From Tricharina praecox (lineage: Eukaryota): 64,000 bases of DNA. The notes under the pieces are model-generated. The model made no database searches and was not told the DNA's origin. It saw only the letters and a list, made by a program, of their open reading frames with translations. Numbering within the stretch: the first letter of the stretch is position 1; each line of letters starts with the position of its first letter. Positions 1-15,200 of this stretch are shown piece by piece. A program made the translations under genes and the position numbers. The stretch is taken from NCBI RefSeq assembly GCF_024521635.1, contig NW_026250412.1, positions 1 to 64,000 of the forward strand, in the 5' to 3' direction.

Positions 1-3000
1 CAAACGGACGGCCTTGCTGTGTGCACCCACCCACGACAAACCCGAAAGCTGGGGGATTATATGGGGGAGGCGGCCGCCGGCGCGGGAATGTCACATCACA
101 ACCAAAATCTGGGGAAGCCACGGGAAGGGAGGCGATACTGGAGTGGACAGCCCTGCTATAAACGATGTACAACAACGAAAACACGCACGGGAAGAAGCCG
201 TCTCCTCCGGGGTGGGTGGTGTGTCGTACCGCGTTTGAAGGTTGAAGGTTGAAGGAAGGACTCAGGATGGCATGGCATGGCATCTGCTGGAACTGGAACC
301 GAGTTTGCGTTCTGTTCTGTTCAAACGCCGGGTGTTCGATAGCATGAGGACTTTTTTTCCCCTTCTTCTTTCCTTGGGGCAGCGCAGCGCGTAGTTAGCG
401 TGCAGGCGAACGAACGAAGCCAGTTCGCGAATGGGAGCGCACCGTGAGACCTCCACCGACTCCGGAGACTCCAGTCTCCAGGTGCAGATTTAATTTATTT
501 CCTTGCCATCTCCACGGCCATCGCGATAGATATGATGGATGGATGGGGCACTTCCTTCTCCTTCTCCTTCTCCTGGAAAGCACAGAAAGCACAGGAAATC
601 AGCCCAGTCAGTCGCGTTTGGAATCGTTAATGCTTTCTGTGGGTGGTGGTGGTGGTGCGACGGCCGACGAATCAGCTGCCGCCATGTGGGCTGCCTCCAC
701 CACCGACACCACCACTACCAGCAGCCATCATCATCCTGGTAATCCACACTCCACTCCACTCCACACCACTCCGCTCCGCTCCACGCTCCACACTCCACGC
801 AAGCCAGCGCTAGATGGGTAGAGTACTCTATATACCGACACGGTCGAGTCGAATTGCCGCAACGGAACGACAACAACGGCGAGAAAAAGAGGGTGAGAAA
901 AAGCGACAGGACTCAGGAGCGAGAAACACGCGGAAGGAGAAAAGAAAAGCTGGGGAAGGCAGTTATCAGCTATCCGATGAGGTTGGTTAGCCATCTTCGC
1001 CGTTCGGGCTCCGAGACTCGCGAGGCGGGGAGGGGAGCGGGGTACGGAAGTACTAGTACCACGCTATGCTAGAAACGGGGGCCAGGATCCGGTCACGTGA
1101 AAGTGCCAACAGCCGGCGTCGACGCGCTGTGCCGGATGGTGGTGTTCGATCCCGAGTCCGAGTCGGACTCGGAAAAGGGGATGGGAGTGATCAAGCGCCG
1201 GGGGGGATGGACTCTATGTATGTGCAATACATAACTAGATTCCGGCAAGAGCTGTTCATGATGGATGGATGGATGGATGGCGTCGTGGAACGAGCGACTG
1301 GCTGCCTGCGCGGTGGAAAAAAAGACGCCGTCGGGCTGAGGAGTTAACGATTGGACGGATCGACTACCTACAGACTTGGTTAGTGGGTTTACTACTGCAT
1401 GCAATGCCACCGCTCTCCTCCTCCTCTTCCTCCTCCTGTACTGGTTGCCACAGCAAAGAGGCAGAAAGAAGCAAAACAAACAGAAGGAAGGGGGATAGCC
1501 CCATCCAGCGCGCGTGGTCCAGCGTCGTCCATGATCATCCACGATCATCCAGCATCATCCACCGGCATCCGCCACCTCAACTGTGGCGTTCTGTGGCTGA
1601 CACCTGCTTGTACCGTATGTAAGTAAGCTATCCCAATCGACGACCACGCAGCCGAGGCAAAACACCCCCAAATAGGGCTCCCACGCAGCTCACACGTATC
1701 CATCTCCATCATTCACCACCCCCCCTGTACCAGAGTACGCTTGGCAGCTGCGCAGCGGGCGGATGTGGTAATCCCCATCCGCAGGGTTGGTCGTTGCAGC
1801 CTGCCGCATTCGGACATTCAACCATTCGGCCATGCTGTGACAGTTCTGTTGCCCGTTCGGAATATGGTCGTCATGAGGTAAGTAGTTCCTTGGTCCCTGG
1901 GTTCGGGGGATATCTATCTGGGCTGGGTGCCCAACTCGGAGGAGGATGCGGAGGAGGAGCAGGTTGTCACCTGCTCGATAATAATACCTAATATGTATAG
2001 GCAGTACTCTAGGTAGATCTGGTCTGCAACCGATGCCGGTGGTGGTAGTAGTGGTGGTGGTAGTGGTGGTGGTGGTGGTGGTAGTGGTGGCGGCGAACCA
2101 GTGGTGGGGCGTGATAGATGCCCTCGCCATTGCCATCGCCATCGCCATCGCCAACCCCACTACTATGGTACCACCGCAGCATAGTTATCACCAGCAAGAC
2201 CACGCCAGCCAGCGAGCCAGCCCAGCTATGTATGTATCTACATAGGTACAACCAGCCAGCCAGCTGTACATACAGCTACGATAGAGCTACGTACCCCGCC
2301 AGATTGATCGAGCCTGCTGGCTCCCGGCAAAACCCCCCGTTCCTCGACTCGCGGGAAAGCGATGAGCATCTCATCTGCAACGCTGTCAGGCGGGCGGGCG
2401 GGTAGGCGGGCGGGTCACGGGTGGTCCTCCAGCCAGCCGGGTTGACGTCTGCGCAGGTACAATACGTACGGTAGTTACGGTAGTTACGGTAGGTAGTTAC
2501 TTGAAACTGCATCTGCAACTGAACCTACATACCGTGCCTACAGCAGGAGCAGCAGGAGCACCTGCCCTGCATCTAGATATCTACGCGAGTCGACGAGCTG
2601 TCTGCCTGTGTCTGCTCTCATCGTCGGGGCAGTCTGGTTACCGGTACCTACTCCAGGTCACGCGGAGGTACCGTATGTATCCACCGTCATGGCCGAGCTC
2701 GACAAGGACTCGACAGATTGTATGGAGAATCGTTCGTTACCCTGCGCTGCGCACATGTGATACATACTACCTGCCTCCGTGGTGGCCGGGATGGTTACGT
2801 ACAGTACCACGTCGCTTTGGTGCTCCGTCCGGCTGGCTCGGTGACGCGTTCCGATGCCCGGGCGGCGGGCGGCGGGCGTGGGGCTCGAGGCGGAGGTTGG
2901 AGGCGGGAGGCGGGTGCGGAGGCGGTGGCTGGAGGCGTAACTTGCACTTCACTTGACCCGTTCACGCCCGTCCACAAGAGGCGTTCGTTCACCAAAGCCA

Positions 3001-6000
3001 GCCGTTCACGAAAGCCGACCGTCCACGAAAGCTATCCACACACGGCGGCAATCCTATGCAGGGCCGAGTGGCAGTGCGGAGAACAAACAAACGTCGCTGT
3101 TCAGTTTGTCCAGTCTCCCCACTTTATAACAGCAACAGCAACAGCTTTTTTGTTCGGTAATCTATGATAAGTATAGTAAGCACATAAACCCACCCGTCCC
3201 CCGCTGTTGACATGAGATCTCCCCCCTCCCTCCCAGCACCAATCCCTGCCCTGCAATCAGATTCTCGGCATGTGCGTTGCGCCTCAGATGGAATCTCAAC
3301 GCGCCGCTGCAAGTGGTTACTCCCGTTATGTGGCACCGCGGCAGGGATGGATCATGGATGGGGATTGGACGTGCTACTTATCTTCAGCCTCACTTTGTTC
3401 AGAATTCAGGCTGCGGGATTCAAGCTGCGGGGTCCAGGGCTTCCCCGCGTTGTTCAACTCTGGATGTGGGCTTGGGTGGGTTGGACAAAGAAAGAATGAA
3501 TGAAAGAAGAAAGAAGGGAAGAAGCAGGAGATGGATGGAGGATATGCACGGCTGAGAGCACGGGGGCGTCTGACGGACTGCTTATTCGGGAACTTTTACC
3601 TCCGACAGCCCTATGCTGTGAACTTGAAGGACACAGAGTTGAGACAAGACAAGACAAAGCGCGGGCGCGGACGCGGCTTGACCTGCTTGATGGATGGAAG
3701 CGGTGATACAGAGTGGCGGTAGTTGCGGTAGTCGTGGTAGCAGTGGCAGTAGCAGTGGCAGTGGCAGTGGCGGTAAGTACTACGGTATCGCCCCACACAC
3801 TGACTGCAGTTTCTCTTCGCCACCACCACCGCCAGTGACAACCATGGACATCTCGAGGTACTGCTTCATCTCGTTTCTTACTCTACTCTTAACCAGACCG
3901 AACTGGGCAGTGGGCAGTGAACAATAAACAGTCGACAGCCCACCGCCGCGTCCGCTGCGTCCAGCGTCCACGAGACTGATGTTTGAACTTTGAACTGGGT
4001 TCGATCGAGCGGCGCGGGGGTCATACTGTCACAGTAGGCAGATAGTTACCCATACGGCAGGCAAGAAAAAGGGCGGGATAAGGACGGGATAAGGATTAAA
4101 TCTCGAAGCCTGCATCTCAAAGATCGAAGCGTCGAAGACCGACGTCCCATGCCCTCGAAGAGTCGAAACATCACATCGCTCTCGACTCTCTCGAAAAATC
4201 CGATCACATTTGATTTGTGAACATCGCGGCCGCCACCACTGGCTGGCACTGGTTGGCAGGCGGTGTACTCTACCGATCACGCAGCGCTTGGGAAGCGTGA
4301 GGGTAGAGTAATGACCCCAATCCGGGAGTGTTGACTATTGGTTAGCGGGTAGTTAATGCTCCGTCTCGGGGCATAGATGAAATCGAATGTAGTGGCCCTT
4401 TCGGGCGATATATCGCGGTCGCTGTGGATTCCATACATAAGTCCGTACTTTTTGTTTTCATAGGTACGTGATCATGCTATGATCCGGCCAGATATGATCC
4501 AGCTACCTATGCAGGTTCGACTATCGAGGGGGAATTTATGTAGAATTACAGATGTACCAAGTAGAAGCCGGGTACCAGGAGCTGGCCCCTGGGTGCGTTG
4601 GCTGGAGTCCGCATGGAGTAGTTACCGGTACTTATTCGTTCTTTGATGGAGACCGTAGTTACCGTAGGTACATATGGTGCATTGGTGCTAGGGGGAAGCG
4701 GGAAGGGCCATTCGATCCGGCTGTCGTCCTGTCGTCCTGTCGGTCGGTCGGTCGGTCGGTCGCACTGCAGGAAGGCATGGAAGGACCGGGAAAGAAGAAG
4801 AAGAAGCGGAGGAACAGGCGGAAAAGAAGAAGATATCGCTCCTGTGTATGTGTGTTCCGTGGCACAGTACCACAGTACTATACACGCGCGTACGTTTTTG
4901 GCCGGTGCGTTTTAGTTCTCCGGTGGAGGAGGAGGGGCGAGGACTCAGGGGTAGGGCGGGGTGGGGCGGAACACCGATTAGAAGGGCGGGGCGAGGCGGG
5001 GCGGGGCGAGGCGGGGCGGGTATAAGATAATCACCACAATCATCATCCGCATCAGCATCAGCATCATCATAATCATCACCATCACCATCATCATCATCGC
5101 TCCATATGGCTCGGCCATCCATGGCTCAGCGGTCGGGGATCATGGGTTGGGGGGATCGGCGTCAATGACGAAAGGCAGCGTGGATCCGGACGCGATCCGG
5201 ACGGGATCCGGACGGGACGGGGAGACGTCAACGACGAGCGAGGAGCGTGGTGCCGCGGATGGCTGCTTGGGTATGTACCCACATACTGGTAGATTCACTC
5301 AGCAATCCCCGATATCCGATATCTGGAGTCAGGAGGGCTCAGGGGGGACAAGTGCCGGGAGTCGGGAGTCTGGACGGACGACGCCGCCAGCCTTCTTAAA
5401 GCCAACCGGCTCTACGGTACTAATAAAATACCTGTGGCTTGGGTCCTGGGACCTGGGTGGATCGTATCTAGCTGGATAGGAGCATAGGTAGGATGGGAAT
5501 AATAATGGCCCTCTGGTGACCCGTATGTATTTGGAGTACAAAAGTACATACCGGTACTTGGACGCGCAAGTTGGGTTGGTGACAATCTATGTACACACGA
5601 GTACCATACATACTCCGAGTACTACTACCTATACTTGAGGCGTACCCAAATACCTATCCAGCCTCATCTATTGAGGTATTGATGAATCGAGGTAATTATG
5701 CAAGTAGTTTCCGGACACGAGGCGGACATAACTATCATACCTCGTCGCCTCGTTGCCTCGATGGCACCTCCCTTCTCCTCTCCCCTCACCCCTGCCGAAC
5801 AGCCCGAGCCAATCATTCGCAACCGTCAGGTTCCTCAGACAGGCCACGCTGAATCATTCGCCGCCGATGCCGCCGCACCACTACCTAGTCGTTACCTGGA
5901 TACTTGGATACCTTGTGCTTTCCGGATAGACAGACAACCAGAGGTTCGTCGTTTTTAGCCAGTACCGTCGAAAAGACACTGGCCGTAGAGATGGCGATGT

Positions 6001-7954
6001 TCTGCGTCTCCCTTTCTTTGTCCTCTCGAACCAGCTCCCACGCATCCGCTGCGGCAGAAGCACAGTGCACCTGCCGGACTCTAGAGCAGCCGTACCCAAG
6101 GTACGCACCTGCCTTCTTACCGCACCAACTCCAATCCAATCCAGCCCAACCACACCGCATATCCCATCTCGAATGAGAATATTCTCCTCCTCCTCCTTTG
6201 CTTTTCTTCGGTAGGTGTGTAGATAGGCAGATATGTAGATGGGCGTGGCCTCGTTTACCCTCCCTCTGCCTGCCTGCCTGCCAGTCCGCCCCTCACCCCC
6301 GTCACGCTTGTCCTCTAAAGTTCTACCGGCCGCCGTACGGTACTCTACCAGGCCCGGGGTGCTTGCTTGTTCCCCCCAGCCCACAAATCTGCGAGCTGCC
6401 TTCCCCGCCATCGTTCCAGTCCACACGGGAGATATCGATAACTATACACATTACACACACCACCTTCACCTTCACCCACACCCCCCTCCCCCCATCGCCA
6501 TCGCCAGCATCATCACCCCTCCTCCTCCGCCTCCCATTCTCTCCTCCTGATCCTGCACATTAAACAAGCAAAACGCGAGGAAACGGACGTCACGGCAGAA
6601 GCACCTACGCTGTTACACCCTCCCACCTACATACTGCCCCCCACTCGAGTACAGTATCATCTCAAAGTCCTCTCCCTCCCCCCCTCCATCCTTCTCTCCT
6701 TCGTCCGGCCATCGAAGCATCACACACAGGCGTTGACCTCGACCACCACCACTACTACCACCACTTCCGCCATCGCCATCACCACCAAACCCAAACCAAA
6801 CAACATACATAACCTGCAGACATAGATTGTCTGTGTAAAGACGGCGGTTGCATTAGCTTGCGAAACCGCTCAGCTCCCCGCCCTCGGGCTCGCAATAATT
6901 TTCCCCACTTGCCTTCTATCGTTGTATCCCACCAACACCTCCGAGTCCGATCAGCCTCTTCGCCGAACGAACAAAGTCCGCTCTCCCTCTCCGGACACAG
7001 ACCGTGCTATACAGTACATAGCAGTTCGGCCTCCCGGCGACATCTCGATCGACTGTTGGCATTTACGTACATATTTTTGATTTCCCTGCTTCGAAGCGTA
7101 CCTTGATCGTACCGACCGAGTATACCTATTTCAATCTTTTCGCCCTCGTCTCCTTCTTCTTCAACGTCGTCGGCTTGTCCGTCCATCCGGGATTCACCAC
7201 GATTCCCTCAGGGTTCTGGGAGCCACTTAGTCACAAGCCACAACACCGTACTAGTTACTCCTCATCCTCCTCATTGCTGCACCGGCAATCACAACCCTCC
7301 CCGTCCACTTTATAGTACATACAGAGGCCAGTCAGGGAAACCGAGCAATCAGCCTCCTCCTCGTCTTCATCCTCCGCCGCCTCCGACTCCTCATCGTCGA
7401 CCTCCAACAGCAGTAGCGACATCGACGAATTGATTGCCCCCGTATTCCTGCCGTTGACTGGTCTTTCGTCCTCTTAGCTGCCTCGAACGCACACACACAA
7501 CGGCAAGTACCTGTGGAATCCAGCCAGCCAGCATCCAGCCAGCCAACCAACCAACCAACCGCCAACCACCACCGCCAACCACCACCACCAGCACCACCAA
7601 CTACAGTACATACTTCTCCTTCTCGCTCTACATCATATTTTCCTTCGATATATTCGATTCATCTGTGTGGTCCGCCCTGTCTTGCCCTCGTTCCTTCGGC
7701 ACCCAACCACACAACACACAGTATCATCAAACTCTTACGTCTCATACTCGCTCTTCCCACTCTTGATTCTTGCATACATTCTCCCTATATTTTTTTGTCT
7801 CTCTTTCTCTTTCGCTCAAGAATCCCTCGCACATCATCAACAACGTCGTGGTCTTCTTCGTCATTGTTCGCTGTCCGACCCCCCGTCAGTCTCGCATATT
7901 GTTACTGTCAGCATTTGCTTTTGCTTGCTTGCTTGCACTGCGCCCCCCCACTCG

Positions 7955-8231
7955 CTCTCTCGCTCGCTCTCTCTCTCTCTCTCCCTCTCTATCTCTCTCT
8001 CTCTCAGTCTCACATTCGACTCTCCTCGATTCGCCCGTCATCGCCAATTTGATCGATTAGCAACCACCACCACCACCGACTTCCCCTTCCGAAGAAAGTC
8101 GTCGATAATTTTATTTCCCCCCTACCCCTCCCCCCCGCTCCTCCCAAGAAAGGACCGGCAATAATACTTGGAGACTTCTTACTTTTCGCGGGTGAAGAGA
8201 TCGATCAGCTTTTCTCACTTCTCACTTCTCA

Positions 8232-8268
<37 letters not shown>

Positions 8269-8291
8269 ACACACACTCTCTCTCTCTCTCT
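7955..8291. repeat. (CT)n and (CA)n microsatellites upstream of the J-domain gene
   Basis: Visible CT run at ~7955-8005 and CA then CT run at ~8234-8291. Confidence 0.9.
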
Positions 8292-8433
8292 CTTACGCTA
8301 TATCCGACATAGTCCCACGACGCTACATCGCCACGCTGGCCTGCGATTCTCTAGCATCCCAACCCACAACAACCATCACCCCCCTCGACAACACCACCAC
8401 ATCCAAACCCCCCTTCGATAAATCCCACCCATC

Positions 8434-10657
8434 ATGGCGGTCGGCTCAGCACTCGATCCTTATGCGGCCCTCGGAGTTCCACACGACGCCGCGCCCGCCG
8501 CGCTTCGATCCGCATACAAGAAACTAATGCTGCAATGTCACCCCGACAAGGTCCGCGACGAGGCCCAGCGAGCCGAGAAAGCCACGCAGTTCCAGAAAGT
8601 GCAGGAGGCCTACGAACTACTCATCGATCCCCGCCGGAGACGCAAGTACGACGAGGAGTTGGCGAGGAAGGGTCCGGCTGCGGCACAGGCGGCGGCGGCC
8701 AACGGGGGCTCCAACGGTGCGAAACCGACGCCATCGACCTCGGCTAATCCCGCTTCCGGTGGTGGAGACGACGGAGCCAAGAAGGAGCGACGGAGGAGAC
8801 GGCACGACGACGAGCACCGGCGGTCGCGGGAGGAAGCAACCTTCGACGCCAAGGATCGGGAGGAGAGGCAGTCGTATCAGCGACGGTTCAGAAAGGCCGA
8901 GGAAATGGCCGAGGAGGCGATGAGGGCGTCGGAACGTGCGCACTACGAGCGTGAACAACGTCACAAGGAAGAGCAACAGCAACAGCAGCAGCAGCAGAAG
9001 CACAGCTCGTCGTCGTCGAGACACGCTCACGGTTCTAGTACTGCGAATCGATACGCTTCCGCCGATGATCCCCCGCCTGCGAGAAAATCGTCGTACGAAC
9101 GCCCTCCCCCGTCTCAGCAACATCAACAGCAGCAGCAGCAGCAACAACAACAACACGTCCCGCGTCCCGCACCTCCTCCTCCACCGCAACCATCGTCGCG
9201 CCCCTCGCCCCCGCAGTCCGAGCCGAGAGGTCCTCCGTCCGAGACAGATACGGAGAAACCGGCGGTGCGACCCGGCTACGAGGAGACGAGGGCGGCCGAG
9301 GACGCCAAGCTCGAGGCCGTTCGGAGGAGACTACGCGAGGCTCAGGCCGGACCGGGATCACCGCGGACACAGCGCAGCAACAGTCACGAGGAAGACCCTT
9401 ACGTCAAGACGCAGACACGCGCCACGATGGAGCAGATCCGACAGCAGCAAGTGCAGGCGGAACGGTTACGGATGGAACAGGCGGAGCGCATCGCCAGGGA
9501 AAAGTCGGAACAACGGAAGGCACGGCAGGCGGCGAAGGAACAGCATTCGGATCATTCGGAACGGTCCGGTCGGCCGACCGAGATTCCAGCCAACCGACCG
9601 CGAAAGGTGTCGGCATCCCCAATGGGACGCCGCCGCGGATCCTCGTCCGTATCGCGTGACGAGTTTGCGACCACGCCGCCGTTCGCCACGAAGCCGCCGA
9701 TGTTTAGCGGATCGGTGCCGACCACGTCTGCCTTCTACGGGACGCCTCCACATGTTGGTGGGCCCGGATATCCTCAGGTTAGACGCCGACATAGTGTGTC
9801 AAGTCCCAGTTTGGAGAAACAAAATTCACGCCTGCAGAGGGACCAGCAGGCTTCGTGCGATTCAGGGTATTCCAGTCCCTCCCCTAACCACAACGACACC
9901 ACTCCATCATTCACCTTCGAGAAGAAGCACGTCTCATCAAACTTGAACCCAAACCCCAGCCCAACGGTCCCGAAAGCGGACGGGTGAGCACTACCGTTAC
10001 TTTCACCCCGCTCATTTCCCATCCCATTCCATCGCATCGCAACGCACACACCGAGATGACCTTTTTTGAGTCGAAAGCTGACATTTTTTCTTCTGAAGAT
10101 CTACCGTCCACCCTCGCGATCCATCGGCGCAAAGCACTCCCGGCTGGAAGAAATTCATCGTATACGTTCAGGAGGATGGTGAAACGACGACCACGCCGAT
10201 CGACGGACGACGGAAAACGTCATCGTCTGGCACCGGCGGTTCCCCCGACATGCAGCACGCCGAGCCAGTAACGAGTTCCGAAGGCCCCCCACTGCCGCCC
10301 GACTTCTTCGTCAAAGCAGCCGGCTCCGGTCTCGCGGGCGGCAGCACGTTCTTCGTCACGTCCAGCGGCGTGCCGCCGAATCCCTTCGGCATGCCCATGC
10401 CCTCGAACTACGCGGGTAGCCACGCCGGGAGCCACTCCAGCCACTCGAGCCCGAGACAGCCCCCGATCAGACACCACAGCGTCCACTACCACCCGCACCC
10501 CTCGCCAAAGATGTCGGAGCCGCCGTTCACAATGCCGAGTCCGCAGCTCAGTCGCGCCAGCACCACTACCGGTTCTAGCCGTCGCACGGCCGGCTCGCAG
10601 GTCCCGTACGGCTTCCAGGCGCCGGTCTTTACGAGGGGCGAAACCTGGGGCCCGTGA
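8434..10657 (+). CDS. J-domain (DnaJ/Hsp40-type) protein with long low-complexity C-terminal region, ~702 aa; join(8434..9983,10099..10657)
   Basis: N-terminus LDPYAALGV...LRSAYKKLMLQCHPDK...FQKVQEAYELLIDPRRRRKYD is a canonical J domain with the HPD motif. An intron GTGAGC(9984)...GCTGAC...GAAG(10098) joins ORF 8434 in frame to ORF 10250..10657. Confidence 0.9.
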
Positions 10658-12210
10658 ATCGCGGCCGGCGCGATGCGCCTTTTACGTGTCGCGTCCATCA
10701 TTGCAACTAGAGTGTTTCTTGCCGCGTCTGTCGATTTTGCGTTCCGTTTTGATCTTGGGGCCTGGGTTTTCTTTTGTTTCTGTGTTTGGGTTTTGGAGTT
10801 TTCTAGGGGTGTTGATGAGGTTGACGACGCGTTGCGCATGCTTGCTTGCTTGCTTATCCTTTGGTTGTGTGCTTATTGCTCATTTTTGATGACTTTATTC
10901 TGCTTTGACTTTACTTTACTTGCATGACCACCTTACCATACCATACCATACTATACTACCATACTACACTACTGACGAACTGAAGATGAAGATGAAGATG
11001 ATGACCGAAGACGACGATGATGATGAGGGTTGGGGTTGGGGTTGGGGGGCTGGCTAGGCGATGGGGTTTTTTATTTTGATATTGATTGCTATTTCGCTAC
11101 ATTTACTGTGCTTTGCTTTTCGTTCGCGTTGAAACTCTCCTACATTATACCTGCCTGTCTGCCCGCCCCCGTGCCAGTGCGCGTGATGACTCGCTTGTTT
11201 CTCTGTTTCTTATCACTTTTTTTTATTTTTCACTGAACTCAACTGATGCTGAAATGGGGCTGAAATTGGTTATATTATACTGTATGAGAGTCACGTATGA
11301 TATTGTTTGCAAATGTGTTTTCTTTTGTGTGCCTGCCGGTGGTGGTGGTGGTAGTGGTGGTGGTGGCGGCGGACGCGTGGAGTCAAGTTAAGTTGAATGA
11401 AGGGTGTTACCTATAATTTCTGGTCTCTGATCGTGGTGGTGGTGGTTACAGCTGATGACGTGACGTGATAATGATGGTGAGGACTCCCCGACTCCCGGGA
11501 TGGGGTGGGGGGAGCCGGTGGTGGGCAGAAAGAGGGGGAGAGGAGAGGAGAGGGGAGGGGAAAGGAAGGGAAGGGTGCACGTGGGCGTGGGCGCGAATGG
11601 CCCCCACCTTGTCTGGGCTACGGTACCCGTGCCTGAATGACCTGTTCGGTGTTGTGAGTTTTATGGTGGTGGTGGTGGTGGTGCTGGTGATGGCAGTTCT
11701 TGGGAACAACTCTGTGCTTGCCACTTGGGGTGTTGGAACTTGGAAGGAGCGAGCTGCGCGGGTGGCTGGGCGTGGGAGGGGGGAGGTTACCCCGCACTTG
11801 GGATGGGGACTGGGAGGGGATGGGAACTGGGAGGGGGCACGTCACGCTAGGAGGCTGAGATCAGACCAGCAGACCCCAGAGTCGTGACCACCACCACCAC
11901 CACCACCACCGCTCGAGTAAGGAAGAAGTGAGAAGTAAGTACCGGGGCGGGGTGGGCGGAGGGAGTGCGAGTGCGAGTGTGCGACTGTCTGTACATGTGA
12001 AAAGTAAGTCGTGACCACACTCGTTTCGCCGAAGTTCCAAGGATGTGGTTCTTCACACAGAATCGCACGCGATGTCACTCATATCCCTGTTCTAGGACTA
12101 GCTGCCCGTAAAGTGTAATAGATGTGGTCACCACTTAAGGCTTCGTTTTTGCACGTCGAGTACACAAATCGAGTACCACCATCACCACCACCGCCCACGA
12201 GAACTAACTA

Positions 12211-12291
12211 CCATGTCCACGACCACGACCATGTCCACGACCACGACCATGTCCACGACCACGACCATGTCCACGACCATGTCCACGACCA
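12211..12291. repeat. 18-bp tandem minisatellite (CCATGTCCACGACCACGA), ~4.5 copies
   Basis: Units read directly; one unit is shortened. Confidence 0.9.
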
Positions 12292-15200
12292 CGGCCGCGC
12301 ACGGGAAAGGGAATGTTCTTAGCGAGGCGGCAGAGTGGTGGACACTGGCAATAACTACAATTATTTTTCTTTTTTGTTCTTTCTTTTGTTTTTGTTTCTT
12401 TCTTTTGTTTTCTTTTGTTTTCTTTTGTTTTCCTTTATGCTTCGTTTCGTTTCGTTGTGCTCTTGCCGCGCGCGCGCCGGCGATGATGCCGGTTGGAGTT
12501 TGGACGTTGGAGCTTGGAGGTTGGGCGTGGTTGGCTACTGTGGCTGTCGCTGTAGCGGGCTCCGAGCCGTCGAAACTCGAAGCAATAGTTCGACTCTGGA
12601 CTCTGGACTCTCGACTCTGGAGAGATATGGACTCAGACTCTCTGGAGGGAAGGCAGGGACGGGGGACGAGGGACGCGGCGTTTGCAGTGTGCACTGGATA
12701 ATGGATAACAGCGGGCGGTGGAAAGTGGGCGGTTCATCTGATAGTACGGCTTGCTACAGGCAAGATTGCTGTGTGCTCTACATACATGCAGCCATAATTA
12801 TGGGCTCAGTTGAGACCCAGTGCAGTGGGGCGAGGAGATCACGCCAGTCCCTCCCTACCTACCGTGGGCGGACGGACGCCGGACACCGCCGGTCATGGCG
12901 ATGGCAGGTACCTAGGCGGTTAGGTGATGGCTGGCTGGCTGGCGGGAGCTGGAGGAGGGGTAGGTGAAGGGGTAGGAATCGAGCTAATGGCGGGGTAAGT
13001 TATCCAGACTCCAGAGGAGTGTTTCCAAAGACTTCTCCGACACTCCGACTTCTCCGACTTCTCCGACTACCTGGAGGCTGAGCACAGAGCCCAGTCGGTA
13101 AAATGTTCTCGCGCATCGAGGGCTCGCATGTAGTGGGGTGTTTGTCACTTCGCGGGGTTGGTTACTTCGAGGAGGTTGATGCGGATGCGGGCGATATACG
13201 CCATGTATGATATGTATGATATGTAGGTACATGAGGGTCATGACGATACATACCTCCTCGTATCTAACAGTATGTATAGGTGTTTATGTATCTGCGGCAT
13301 CCGTTCCCCACCTCGTCCACAGCCACCCGCCAACGGAGAATGTGTATGTGTGTACTTACGCATAAACGCCGTTTGGAATTCTCCGACTTCCTCGCCCGAT
13401 CCCACGATCCCGCCCGCATTGCTGTTGCCTTGCTGTTGCATTTGCATTGCTCTTGGGTTGGGTTGTGTATTGTTGGGTTGGGGCGTTTACATCAGCGCCG
13501 TTTAAACCTCCGCACTCTCCGCACCCTCCGCACCTTCGCACCTTCGCAACTCCGCATCCACCTACCTACCTCTACCGCGCGCGCCCCGGGGGTCTCCCGG
13601 GGGGCCGGTATAGAGTACCTAGAGTAGTTACTGCACGGCAGATCCGGGGAGGAAAGCATACCCATACGCATACGCATAGTTACGCATGAGGGAGGGGGAG
13701 GGAGGTTATGCTTATATCCTCCTAGAGGCTAGGCGTGGAGCCCTGCGTGATGGGTAGAGTGCATGGCAGGGCAGGGCAGGGCAGGCAGGCAGGCAGGTGG
13801 GCTGAAATCGCGGAGATGCGAGATGGGGTCGGGGGTTGGCGTTGGCGTTGGGGAGGGGGATGTTTCGGTGGTGGGTGTCGGGTGATGCTGGCACACACAT
13901 CCTGCGGAGAAGGACGAGGAGTAGGCAGGAGGACACGAGGGAGGAGGCGGGACAGAAACGTAAGTACGTGCTGGGGCAGTGGGGCCTGGGGCCTGGGAGA
14001 GGAGCGATAACGATAACGCTGCATGCGGATCGTGGAGAACTGGGAGATATCCAAAGCGTCGCACGTAATAGGTAGTACCGTTGAAACGACGGCCTTTTGT
14101 TTTTGTTTTTGTTTTTCGTTCCATCGTTAATCGCTTCCGGCCCCATCCACCGGTATTATCTAAACCACAGTGGAGATACACGCTCCACTTCTCCATCCAC
14201 TGTGGACTCGAGCCGAACCTTTTTTCTTTTTTTTCCGCCAGGCGTTGGCATTCGATTCCAACGCCGAGTGATATCCCGTAACTACTAGTAGGTACTCCAA
14301 CCAACCCGCGCGCGCGATAAGCCAGACAGATATGTATAGCCCCCGAGCGTCGCTGCTAGACCGATCTGTGGGTGCCGTGCAGTAGCACTCGATCATACTG
14401 GCTCCTTGACACCATTCGATCGAGTCCGTCTCGTTTGTATCCCCCTCCCGTAGGACGGGGATGCAAGCGGATAGCAGGCGTGCAGTCGGTGCGCGGTAGA
14501 TCTGATCATCACGCATCGACTGCAGCGGTGCGGAAGAATCCGCCGCCCGCCCACCCGCCGGATCCGGATCAGATCACGTCAACGCCTTATATAACGAGAG
14601 CGTATGTATGGGACTCGGCTCATCGGTATCGGTATGCGTGCGTGCGTGCGTCCTAGGTGGGTCGGTGGGTCGGTGGAGTGGGTGAGATGTTCTGTGGGAC
14701 GGTGAACGTGTGATGGTCTGCCAGTCTGGCACCCTGTGACGTGAGATGCATGCGGGGAGTCGGCGGCTCCTTCGGGAGTAAGGATGGTGAGGCGAGGTGA
14801 GGTGAGCTGCGCGGATGGTGAGCGTCCTTGTCAGCGCTACACGTGCTCACACGCCGCCGGGGTGGGTCGGCGATGGGTCTCGCGGCGGAGTGCTCCAGTT
14901 GTTCGGTCCCTTGTCAAACCGATAATGTATACCAAAGGTGGTACTCCAGCTCGATACTTGCTCCGAGGATGGTTGATTAGTGATCAGTGAACATATCCGC
15001 CCGGATAAACCGTCGGCTGTGTCGAGTGATATCGTGTAGACGGTGCCACAGTGCCACACTATATACGGCGAATCACGACGCGGCTGTGTATCAAGGTGTG
15101 TCTGAGGGCGTTTTCAATGGCAATGGCTGCTTACGGCTGTTTGTGTGGAATAATAACAAATGATTCTTCTGCGTACTATTGTTGACTGAATCTGGCGCGA

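Noticed and set aside
14-8164. Numerous 60-180 aa ORFs
   Set aside because: Mostly translated microsatellites, often with non-ATG starts and no recognisable domains or consistent exon chains.
8535-9946. Long alternative-frame and antisense ORFs over the J-domain gene (e.g. 8936..9946)
   Set aside because: Expected shadows of a GC-rich, low-complexity coding region.
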